From: an uncultured Pseudomonas sp.
Lineage (GTDB): Bacteria; Pseudomonadota; Gammaproteobacteria; Pseudomonadales; Pseudomonadaceae
Direction of reading: 5' to 3'
Assembly (NCBI GenBank): GCA_966186235.1
Contig: CBIFVM010000020.1
Location: 14,503 to 78,502, forward strand
Length of the DNA: 64,000 bases
The position numbers were made by a program, and so were the translations under genes. A model generated the notes under the pieces. It searched no databases. It was not told the DNA's origin and worked only from the letters and a program-made list of their open reading frames with translations. Shown in pieces: positions 1 through 8,400 of this stretch. The stretch's first letter is position 1; the number at the start of each line of letters is the position of its first letter.

Positions 1-2
1 GC

Positions 3-110
3 TACGAATGCCTGTCGAAGGGTGCCGGCGTGCTGGTGTGTTCCGGGCTGATGGCGTCGGCCATGGAGGAGGCCGAAAGCGAGGCCAGGCAGCGAGTCAG
101 AAAGCCCTAA
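3..110 (+). CDS. 3' end of an unidentified CDS running in from the left edge
   Basis: Open frame 3 (YECLSKGAGVLVCSGLMASAMEEAESEARQRVRKP) ending TAA at 108-110; product not recognised. Confidence 0.4.
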   Translation, partial: YECLSKGAGVLVCSGLMASAMEEAESEARQRVRKP

Positions 111-152
111 GGCACCTTCAGTCGGACGGCTGGTTATCTCGCTGCAACATAT

Positions 153-170
153 TTGTCATGCAACCTTCAT
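153..170 (+). promoter_or_regulatory. PhoB/OmpR-type tandem repeat box upstream of MCP
   Basis: TTGTCAT-GCAA-CCTTCAT, 11-bp period, resembles CTGTCAT-N4-CTGTCAT. Confidence 0.35.
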
Positions 171-205
171 AAGCTCGTTGCACCTCCCTCCCATTCGAGA
201 TTTCC

Positions 206-1828
206 ATGAGCTTTGGTCGTTCGCTGCGTGCCCAATTGGTATTGCTGATTGGCGGTGGCCTGGTGTTGATGTTGCTGATCGCGTTGGCTGGCTTCGCGCT
301 GTTGTCGCGCCAGCTGGATGGCTACGGGGCGCTGCTCAGCGGCCCATTGGAAGAGGCGCGGCAAGTGGACGGCGCCAACCTGGCGTTCAAGATTCAGGTT
401 CAGGAATGGAAGAACGTGCTCCTGCGTGGCGGCGATGAAGCGCAGCGCAACCGCTACTGGCAGCAGTTCCAGGATGAAGAGAAGCGCGTGCAGACGCGGA
501 TCGGCCAACTGATCGACACGGCAGGGAGTGCCGAGCTGCGCCAGCGGTTGAGCGAACTGCGCGCTGCTCACGCCGAGATGGGCCAGGCCTATCGCCGTGG
601 TTACCAGGCTTTTGCCGCGGCAGGTTTTTCTGCCCAGGCCGGCGATGCGGCAGTGAAGGGCATCGATCGAGCCACCACCGAACAGCTGTCGTTGCTGGTC
701 GACGAACTGCACGCGCGCAGTCAGGCAAGCGCCAGCCAGTTGAGCGAGATCGCCCAGCGCAGCGTGCTGTTCGGCAGCCTGGCGATGCTCGCGATCGGCG
801 TGCTGCTGGCGCTGTTCAGCGCCTGGCTGGTCAACCGGCGCATTACCACGCCGTTGTTGCAGGCCACCGGGCAGCTCGAGCTGCTCAGCCGTGGGCAATT
901 CGGTGAGCGCCTGAGTGAGGGCCGTGAAGATGAAGTCGGCCTGCTGGCCCAGGCTGCCAATCGCCTGCGCGAATTCATGCAGGCGCTGTCGCAGCAGTTG
1001 CGTCGCGGCACCGGTGAGCTGGATGCCGCCACCCAGGAGCTGAGCAGCGTGGCTGGGCATATCGGCCAGGGTATTCGTGACCAGTTCTCCCGCACCGATC
1101 AGGTCGCCACGGCGATGCACGAGATGAGCGCCACCGCCGAAGAAGTGGCGCGCCATTCGGCCAGCGCGGCGCGGGCCACCGACGAGGCCGATCAGGCTGC
1201 CCAGGATGGTGAAACCACCATGGCCAGCACCATCGCTACCATCGAGAAGCTGCATGGGGAAATCACCCGCACCGCCGAGGTGATCGCTCGGCTCGACAAC
1301 GATAGCGAGCGCATCGGTGGCGTACTGGAAGTGATTCGTGGCATCGCCGACCAGACCAACCTGCTGGCCCTCAACGCGGCCATCGAGGCCGCGCGCGCTG
1401 GCGAGGCGGGCCGCGGCTTCGCGGTGGTGGCCGATGAAGTGCGCAACCTGTCGTCACGCACCGCCAGTTCGATCAGCGAGATTCACCAGTTAATCGCCAA
1501 CGTGCAGGGCGCCTCCAAGGAAGCCAGCGCTGCAATCGCTGCCGGGGCCCAGCAGAGTGCGGCCGGAAGAGCGAAGGTCGGGGTGGCCGGCGAGCGCCTG
1601 CATAGCATCACCCAGGCCGTGGAAGCCATCCGCGACATGAACCGGCAGATCGCCACAGCGGCGGAAGAACAGACCTCGGTGGCCGAAGACATCGCCCGCA
1701 ACCTGGCCGAAATCGTCTCCATCGCCCAGAGCAACGAAGCCGACTTGCAGCGCAGCGAGTCGGCGGGCCGAGCCATGCAGGGGCTGTCCGGCGAATTGTC
1801 GACGCTGGCGGCGCGGTTGAGAGCGTGA
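206..1828 (+). CDS. Methyl-accepting chemotaxis protein
   Basis: Two TM segments, HAMP region, signalling hairpin [36 protein letters not shown]. Confidence 0.95.
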   Translation: MSFGRSLRAQLVLLIGGGLVLMLLIALAGFALLSRQLDGYGALLSGPLEEARQVDGANLAFKIQVQEWKNVLLRGGDEAQRNRYWQQFQDEEKRVQTRIGQLIDTAGSAELRQRLSELRAAHAEMGQAYRRGYQAFAAAGFSAQAGDAAVKGIDRATTEQLSLLVDELHARSQASASQLSEIAQRSVLFGSLAMLAIGVLLALFSAWLVNRRITTPLLQATGQLELLSRGQFGERLSEGREDEVGLLAQAANRLREFMQALSQQLRRGTGELDAATQELSSVAGHIGQGIRDQFSRTDQVATAMHEMSATAEEVARHSASAARATDEADQAAQDGETTMASTIATIEKLHGEITRTAEVIARLDNDSERIGGVLEVIRGIADQTNLLALNAAIEAARAGEAGRGFAVVADEVRNLSSRTASSISEIHQLIANVQGASKEASAAIAAGAQQSAAGRAKVGVAGERLHSITQAVEAIRDMNRQIATAAEEQTSVAEDIARNLAEIVSIAQSNEADLQRSESAGRAMQGLSGELSTLAARLRA

Positions 1829-1840
1829 TACCCGGCGGCC

Positions 1841-2473
1841 TCATGCCCTGAGCAGCATCACCAGCATGCCCACGGCCAGGGCGATCAGTACCAGGCCGGA
1901 AAGCCGTTCGAGCAGCGGCAGGGCGCGCTGGAAGTTGCGCAGCAGCCGGCCATTGCCGATGGCTAGGGCCACCAGCAGATCCCAGCCGAGCACCACGGCG
2001 AACATCCACACGCCATAGAACGCCTTCCAGCCGGCACTGATCTGGGCGCCCAGCATGCTCGCCAGGCTGACGTAGAACAGCGCGTTCTTGGGGTTGATAA
2101 TGCCGGACAGAAAACCCATGCCGGCCGCCTGCAGCCAGGAGGCCCGGCCGGCAGGCGCCGCCTCGCCCGGTGCCTGCAGCACGCTGCTGCCGGCATGGCG
2201 ATTGAACAGTACGCCCAGGTACAGCAGGTACAGGCAGCCGACCAGTTGCAGTGTGATGAACGGCGCGCTGCCAGGCTGCAGTACCGACACGCCGGTAAAG
2301 GCGGCGACGATGAACGCTCCGTTGGCCACGGCGATGCCCAGGCAGGCGCCACTGGCGACCCGCCAGCCCGCTGCCAGGGACGTGCGGGCGACCAGAAAGA
2401 AGTCCGGGCCGGGGGAAATCAGCGCCAGGAAGTGGGCGGCGGCAATGATCAGGAACTGCTGCATGGCGGGCAT
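1841..2473 (-). CDS. LysE/RhtB family amino-acid exporter
   Basis: HFLALISPGPDF N-terminal motif, GF..GIINPKNALF; 210 aa, hydrophobic. Start could be 2464. Confidence 0.9.
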   Translation of the reverse strand: MPAMQQFLIIAAAHFLALISPGPDFFLVARTSLAAGWRVASGACLGIAVANGAFIVAAFTGVSVLQPGSAPFITLQLVGCLYLLYLGVLFNRHAGSSVLQAPGEAAPAGRASWLQAAGMGFLSGIINPKNALFYVSLASMLGAQISAGWKAFYGVWMFAVVLGWDLLVALAIGNGRLLRNFQRALPLLERLSGLVLIALAVGMLVMLLRA

Positions 2474-2568
2474 CGCTCGTCTGGGAAGAAAGGCTCGCCA
2501 GTCTGTCGCCCCAAACCCATGCCGTATTGAAGGAAATCGTCAGGCAGCGGCTTCAGTGAAGGCGTCTT

Positions 2569-3736
2569 TCAGGTCGTGTCTCGTTGACTTAGCGTGCGGC
2601 GTGACGCGCGCAACGCCGAAAGCGCGGCCAACACGAACAGGCTGGCTGCAAGGCACAGCGCGAGCGGCAGGCCGTGGGCGCTACCGCTCATCAGGGCACC
2701 GCTGAGCAATGGCCCGAGCAGGCTGCCGACGCCCCCACAGCATGCCAACGCTGGCGTTGGCGGTGATCAGGTCAGCGCCGTGAAAATCCTCGCCGATCAG
2801 GATCAGCGCCAGGGTGTAGACGCCGCCTGCCGCCGTGCCAAGCAGCACCAGGGTTGGCCACAGCAGGGGCGGGTAGGCGAGTAGCCAGGGCAGGGTGATG
2901 CCACATGCCAGGCTGAGTAATCCGCAAGCCAGGTGCAGGGCGCGACGGTCGAGCCGATCCGCGAGCCAGCCAAGCGGCACCTGAAACAGCATGTCGCCGG
3001 CCAGGATCACGCTGGCCATCAGCGCGGCGGTGGTGAGGGCAAAACCCTGGCTGCTGGCGTAAAGGGGAAACAGCGAGAGAATCACTGCATCGAAGAACGA
3101 AAAGAACAGCACCCCGATGCACAGCGCTGGCGCCACGCGGAAAAAGCCCAGCAGCGAAAAGCGCCGCTCGTGTCGTTCTTCGCCGCTCAACTCGCGGGGC
3201 AGTCGCTGCCAGATCAGCGCCACCGTCAGCAGGTTGGCCAGAGTCACGATCAGTACGATCCAGGCACCCTGGGTGCCCAGCAGGCCGATCAGCGCCGGCC
3301 CGCCCAGTTGGCAACCGGTAAAGCAGGCGGCATAGAGCGCGACGGTCTGGCCGCGCCGCTGCGGATCGCACAACTGGTTGACCCAGGACTCGCCGAGAAT
3401 CACCACCACGCCCATGGCCAGGCCCATCACCAGACGGCTGATGGCCAGTGCCGGCAGGTGGCTGCCCAGCCATTGCAGGCTGGCGGCGCTCACGGCGCAG
3501 AGCATGAAGCACGCCAGATAGAGCGTGCGGCCGCGGCAGTGGCGACACAGCAATGTGCTGAGCAGGGCCGCAAGGATCATCCCCACGGCCGGCATGGCGC
3601 TGATCACCCCAATGGCCAGTGAACCGGCACCCGATTCGTGCAGGCGCAGCGATACCAGAGGGAGCGTCGCTCCCATGCTCAAACCGACCACCGAGACCGC
3701 AGCGATCAGCAGCGCCAATACATGACGATTGTTCAT
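2569..3736 (-). pseudogene. MFS transporter (YcaD-like) with an apparent +1 frameshift near the 3' end (probable sequencing error)
   Basis: Start MNNRHVLALL with SD GGAGGT; 12-TM-like pattern. Removing one C from the C5 run at 2732-2736 restores ...LWGVGSLLGPLLSGALMS...ASLFVLAALSALR... to a stop at 2569. Confidence 0.85.
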
Positions 3737-3833
3737 TCTCGACCTCCGCCTGCCCCGGTGGCCAGGCGCGTATAAATACGAAGACGTGGCCACGCCCAGG
3801 GCGTGACGCCTGCAACAGAGGCAGCAACTGCCG

Positions 3834-3974
3834 TCAGGCAGCGGCGTGAGGCGAGAAGGTGAAGGCGAATAGCACCGCACGACGGCGGCGCAGAAGGGCA
3901 TCGCGCGGCCAGCCCAGCGCCGCCGGCGAAACACCGGTGCAGAGCGAGGCAGACGAATGGGCGATGGTTGGCAT
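3834..3974 (-). CDS. Candidate 46-aa leader peptide (uORF) of the MFS gene
   Basis: ATG at 3974 just downstream of a sigma70-like promoter; MPTIAHSSASLCTGVSPAALGWPRDALLRRRRAVLFAFTFSPHAAA; stop codon sits in a hairpin loop. Confidence 0.5.
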   Translation of the reverse strand: MPTIAHSSASLCTGVSPAALGWPRDALLRRRRAVLFAFTFSPHAAA

Positions 3975-4002
3975 GGTGGGCTCGGGAAGGTCGAGACGCT
4001 GG

Positions 4003-4031
4003 AGTGTGGCCAGATGCAACGAGGCCGTCAA
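4003..4031 (-). promoter_or_regulatory. sigma70-like promoter for the leader/MFS transcript
   Basis: On the minus strand TTGACG-17 bp-CACACT. Confidence 0.55.
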
Positions 4032-4096
4032 TCGGCAGCGCCTGCACTGCCGGTTACCAGGCCAGCCGCCTATTGGGCGGCCGACCTGGGCGTTCG

Positions 4097-6553
4097 CTAC
4101 CAGCGGAAGTTCACCGCGGTCACCAGTTGGCGCTCGTCGCCATAGGTGCAGGTGGCGAACTCGCAGTAGGTGTATCGCTTGTTGGTGAGGTTGTTGGCGT
4201 TGAGGCTGATGTCCCAGTTCGCGTCGAGCTGGTAGCTGACCATGGCATCGAACAGGGTGTAGGCAGGCATCGCCGAGTCCATTTCGGAGGCCTGGGTGGT
4301 GCCCTTGTAGCGGGCGCCGGCGCCGACGGTGAGCTGCGGCAGGTTGAGGCGCATGAAGTTGTAGTCCAGCCACAGCGCCGCCTGGTGATAGGGCGTGTCC
4401 TCGCTGCGTTGGCCGACTTCGCCGGCGATGTCGCTCTCGGTGATGCGCGCATCGATATAGGCGTAGGAGGCGATCAGGCTGAGGTCCTCTGTCACGTCCG
4501 CCTTGGCTTCCGCCTCGAAGCCGCGCGAGCGCACTTCGCCCGTCTGCGTGGCGATGTTGGTGGCAGGGTCCTGCTTGAGCACGTTCTGCTGGGTCAGCTC
4601 GAAAACCGCGGCACTGAGCAGCAGGTTGCGGCCATCGGGCTGGTAGCGAATCCCCGCTTCGTATTGCTTGCCTTCGGTAGGCACGAAGCTCTGCCCGCCG
4701 GCAACGGCCACCGACACCGGGAAGAACGATTCGCTGTAGCTCAGGTACGGCGCCAGGCCGTTATCGAGCTTGTACACCAGGCCGGCGCGGTAGGTGGTGG
4801 CCTCGTTGTCCTGGCTGGTGCGCACGCCGTTGCGATGCTGTTTCTGGTTCTGGTCGGCCCAGTCGTGGCGCACGCCGAGTACGGCGACCCAGCGATCGTC
4901 GATGTTGATCTGATCCTGCAGATAAACGCCTTTTTGCAGGGTGTCGATCTGTGAGCCGCGCTCCAGGCTGCGGTCCTTGTTCACCACCACCGGCTGCCCG
5001 TAGTTGTAGCGGCTCAGATCCAGCGCCGGCGCGACGCCGCGAAAGTTGTGCGAGTCGTAGCTCATGTCGTAGGCATCGAAGCCCAGCAGCACGCTGTGCT
5101 CCGCACCACCAAGCTGCCATTTCGACTCGATGTTGGTGTCGCTGGCCAGGCCGCGGGCGCGTTCGTGGCGGTCGCTGTACTGACGCTGCAGGATGCCCGT
5201 GGTGGCCGCCTGATTGATCACGGCGGCAGTCAGACCGTTACCGCCGGTACGCACCTGCAGGTACTTCCAGTCCACTTCGGTCTGGTAGTAACGCAGCTTG
5301 TGGTTGATGCGCAGCTGCTCGTTGAAGTGGTGCTCGAACTCGTAACCGAGCGTCGACATCTCGCCGTTCATCTCGTTGTAGTCGGGCTCGCCGATGAAGT
5401 CGTGGCGACCGATCTGGTACGCCGCGTCGCCCACGCCCTTGACCAGTTGGTAGGGCAGCGGCGCGGAGAAGCCCGTTTCGGTCTTCTGGTAGAACGACAA
5501 CAGGGTCAGGGAGGTGTCTTCGTTCGGGCGCCAGGTCAGTGCCGGGGCGATGTAGAGCCTGTCGTCGTCGATGTGATCCTGGGGTGTGCCGCTATCGCGC
5601 GTGAGCAGGGTCAGGCGGTAGCTCAGGGTATCGCTGTCACCGAGCGGGCCGCTGAAGTCGCCGGACAGCTGTTTGCGGTCGTTCTGGCCGACCTGCAGGT
5701 TGAGTTCGTGCAGCGGTTCGCGAGTCGGCCGCTTGCTCACCCCGTTGATCATGCCGCCTGGCGACAGCTGCCCGTAGAGCACCGAGGCCGCGCCGCGAAT
5801 CACCTCGACACGCTCCAGGCCATAGGGCTCCTGAATGCCGTCATAGGAATTGTTCTGCAGGCGCAGGCCATCGCGCAGCGAGCCGCCGGTGGCGGACTCG
5901 ACATCGAGACCACGGATCCGAAAACGGTCCGCCGTGCGGTTGAAACTGGTCGGCTGGCTGGTGACGCCCGGTGTGTAGCTGAGTGCCTGGGAGAGAGTCT
6001 CCGACTGGCGATTGCGCAGCTCGTCGCGGGTGACCACCGAGATCGATTGCGGCGTATCGACCAGGGCGGTATCGGTCTTGGTAGCGCTGCTGTTGCGCAG
6101 GGCCACGTATCCGGCCAGCGGCTCACCCGGCAGCTCGGCATTGCCGTCGGCGATGCCGGATACGGTGGTGCTGTCCAGCTCCAGCGCGCCGCTGGCCGGC
6201 AGCGGGCGCAGTACATAACCGCCGCCGCCTTGATCGACTGCCTCCAGCCCGGAGTTCTGCAGCACCAGGGCAAGCCCGGCGGTGACCGAGTAGTTGCCGT
6301 TCAGGCCGGGGCTGGTCTTGCCGCTGGCCAGGTCGTTGTGGCCGGCGAGGTAGATACCGGCCTGGGCGGAAAACTGGTTGAGCACGCTGTTCAGCGGCCC
6401 TGGCGCGATGCTGTAGGTGCGCACCGCCTGGCTTTCCTGCGCGGTGGCCGGCAGGGCGATCAGCAGAGGCGGGGCGAGGGACAGCGCCATGGGCAACGCC
6501 AGGGCGAGTGGTCGCAGGGAGAAGTGGAAAGCGTGCGCGGCTGGCAAGTGCAT
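4097..6553 (-). CDS. TonB-dependent siderophore receptor/transducer with N-terminal signalling (STN) domain
   Basis: Signal peptide, STN-like segment (YSIAPGPLNSVLNQFSAQAG), plug motif ERVEVIRGAASVLYG, C-terminal aromatic W; 818 aa; FhuA/FoxA-like. Confidence 0.93.
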   Translation of the reverse strand: MHLPAAHAFHFSLRPLALALPMALSLAPPLLIALPATAQESQAVRTYSIAPGPLNSVLNQFSAQAGIYLAGHNDLASGKTSPGLNGNYSVTAGLALVLQNSGLEAVDQGGGGYVLRPLPASGALELDSTTVSGIADGNAELPGEPLAGYVALRNSSATKTDTALVDTPQSISVVTRDELRNRQSETLSQALSYTPGVTSQPTSFNRTADRFRIRGLDVESATGGSLRDGLRLQNNSYDGIQEPYGLERVEVIRGAASVLYGQLSPGGMINGVSKRPTREPLHELNLQVGQNDRKQLSGDFSGPLGDSDTLSYRLTLLTRDSGTPQDHIDDDRLYIAPALTWRPNEDTSLTLLSFYQKTETGFSAPLPYQLVKGVGDAAYQIGRHDFIGEPDYNEMNGEMSTLGYEFEHHFNEQLRINHKLRYYQTEVDWKYLQVRTGGNGLTAAVINQAATTGILQRQYSDRHERARGLASDTNIESKWQLGGAEHSVLLGFDAYDMSYDSHNFRGVAPALDLSRYNYGQPVVVNKDRSLERGSQIDTLQKGVYLQDQINIDDRWVAVLGVRHDWADQNQKQHRNGVRTSQDNEATTYRAGLVYKLDNGLAPYLSYSESFFPVSVAVAGGQSFVPTEGKQYEAGIRYQPDGRNLLLSAAVFELTQQNVLKQDPATNIATQTGEVRSRGFEAEAKADVTEDLSLIASYAYIDARITESDIAGEVGQRSEDTPYHQAALWLDYNFMRLNLPQLTVGAGARYKGTTQASEMDSAMPAYTLFDAMVSYQLDANWDISLNANNLTNKRYTYCEFATCTYGDERQLVTAVNFRW

Positions 6554-6644
6554 GGTGGTCCCAGGAGTGGTCTGATCGGTTGGCTTCTCAGGGATTACCG
6601 AGCCAGATCTGCAAAAGGGAACCGCGCCGATGAATTAATTTCGT

Positions 6645-7634
6645 TCAGGCCTCGCTCGGCTCGACGGTTACCCACCAGTCGGTCAGCCGCTGCACGCGAA
6701 TGGGCAGGGCGGCCTGCAGCAGGCGCAGGCTTTGCTCGCTGTCGTCCAGCGGGAAATAGCCCATCACCGGCAGGTTGGCGACCGCCGGGTTGCAGCCCAG
6801 GTGGCCGCGGCGAAATTGACCCAACTCGTCGAGCAACTGGCCCAGCGGCATGCCTTCGGCAGCCAGCACATGACGCGTCCATGATTCGCGGGCGCCGGCT
6901 GCGGCTTGCACGGCGCCAATCTGCGCAGTGTCGAAGGTGACTTGCTGGCCAGCGGGGATGCGCAGGGTTTGCTGGTTGCCTGCGGTACGGATTTCCACCG
7001 TGCCGTCGAATACCGTCAGCCAGGTTTGCGTATCGCTCTGGCGCACGCTGAAGCGCGTGCCCAACGCCTGCATGCGCCCGTGCCGGCTGGTGATGAAGAA
7101 GGGCCGGGTATCGCGGGCGGTGTCGATCAGCACTTCGCCAACGCGCAGGTGCAGCAGGCGCACGGCGTCGTCGAAGTCGGCGTCCACCGCGCTGCCGGCG
7201 TTGAGCCACAGGCGAGTGCCGTCGGCCAGGCGGGTTTCGCGCACCTCGCCGATGCCGGTGGCGAAGTCGGCGCTCCAGCCGGCGACCAGGCGCGGCAGTG
7301 CCGTGTGGCGCCAGGCGCTCCACGCCACCAGGCTACCAGCGCCGACGATCAACAGGCTCTTCAAACCCTCGCGCCGGGTCAGGCCGGAGCGGCCAGGCTG
7401 GGCCAGGGCGCGGCGCAGCGTCTGTCCGTCGTCCTGCTGCTGCAACTGGCCGAAACGCTGGCTGACGCGCTCGACATAGTGCCAGGCGTCGCGGTGTTCG
7501 CCGTGTTGCTCCAGCCACCGCTGCCATTGCTGGCGCACCTGGCCATCGGCCTGCTCGTCGTGCAGGCGCACGTACCAGTCGGCGGCCTGCTGCAGGCTGG
7601 CGTGGCTTAGGGTGTGGGGGCGCGGGTTGATCAT
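6645..7634 (-). CDS. FecR-family anti-sigma/transmembrane sensor
   Basis: QQAADWYVRL N-terminus, TGIGEVRETRLADGTRLWLNAGSA, ALGTRFSV; ATG overlaps the sigma-factor stop (ATGA). Confidence 0.92.
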   Translation of the reverse strand: MINPRPHTLSHASLQQAADWYVRLHDEQADGQVRQQWQRWLEQHGEHRDAWHYVERVSQRFGQLQQQDDGQTLRRALAQPGRSGLTRREGLKSLLIVGAGSLVAWSAWRHTALPRLVAGWSADFATGIGEVRETRLADGTRLWLNAGSAVDADFDDAVRLLHLRVGEVLIDTARDTRPFFITSRHGRMQALGTRFSVRQSDTQTWLTVFDGTVEIRTAGNQQTLRIPAGQQVTFDTAQIGAVQAAAGARESWTRHVLAAEGMPLGQLLDELGQFRRGHLGCNPAVANLPVMGYFPLDDSEQSLRLLQAALPIRVQRLTDWWVTVEPSEA

Positions 7635-8155
7635 TCGACCAGCAGACCGTCGAGTTCGGCTTCGAGCAGGGCGCAGTGCAGCAGCGCCTGGGCCAGGTAT
7701 TTCTTGACCATGCGCTCGGACACGCCGAGCTGCGTGGCGATCTCGCGATAGGGCAGGCCGTCGAGCTGGGCGAGCAGAAACGCCTGGCGCACCCGCGCGG
7801 GCAGGCGCAGCAGCATGGCGTCCACTTCGTGCAGGGTTTCGATGATCAGCGCGGCCTGCTCCGGCGACGGCTGCAGCGCTTCCGGGCGGCTGGCCTGGGC
7901 ACTCAACCAGGCGTGTTCCAGCTGTTTGCGGCGCCAATGATCGATGCTCAGGCCGCGGGCGATGGTCGCCAGGTACGAGCGTTCGCCACTGTGGCTGTCG
8001 AAGCGCCGCGGGCGCAGCAGCAGGCGCACAAAGGTGTCCTGCACCAGGTCGGCGGCATCGGCACTGTTGCCCAGGCGACGGCGCAGGAACTGCTGCAGCC
8101 AGCCGCGATGGCTGGCGTACAGCTGGTGCAGGGCGGAGGTATCGGAAGGCGTCAT
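7631..8155 (-). CDS. FecI-type ECF sigma-70 factor
   Basis: LY..H.GWL..FLRRRLG...DAADLVQDTFVRL; region 4 GLPYREIATQLGVSERMVKKY. Confidence 0.93.
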   Translation of the reverse strand: MTPSDTSALHQLYASHRGWLQQFLRRRLGNSADAADLVQDTFVRLLLRPRRFDSHSGERSYLATIARGLSIDHWRRKQLEHAWLSAQASRPEALQPSPEQAALIIETLHEVDAMLLRLPARVRQAFLLAQLDGLPYREIATQLGVSERMVKKYLAQALLHCALLEAELDGLLVE

Positions 8156-8197
8156 CGAGAGCACGTACCCGAAGGCGTTTGCGCGCCTCAATGCAGA

Positions 8198-8212
8198 TAA
8201 GAATTAGTCGCA
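8198..8212. promoter_or_regulatory. Fur box upstream of the ECF sigma gene
   Basis: TAAGAATTAGTCGCA matches the 7-1-7 repeat TGAGAAT-N-ATTCTCA at 11/14; expected position for iron-starvation sigma factors. Confidence 0.6.
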
Positions 8213-8400
8213 AATTAGATCAAGATGCGTCGATTGCTGCAATGGGGTGGCAGTCGATTCTGAGCAGGAACCGCGCGGCTCGTTACGGTCCAGTTATTGG
8301 GCTGGTCGTTGGGGCTGGCGGTCTGATGGAGCGATTAGCTGCTTGAAGCGGATCAGCGTAATGAGCCATAGAGCATCAACTGAGTGATCCAAGTGAGGCG

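Noticed and set aside
6645-8213. 522-aa ORF suggesting an N-terminally extended FecR
   Set aside because: The extra part overlaps the sigma gene in another frame; the real start at 7634 is coupled to the sigma stop.
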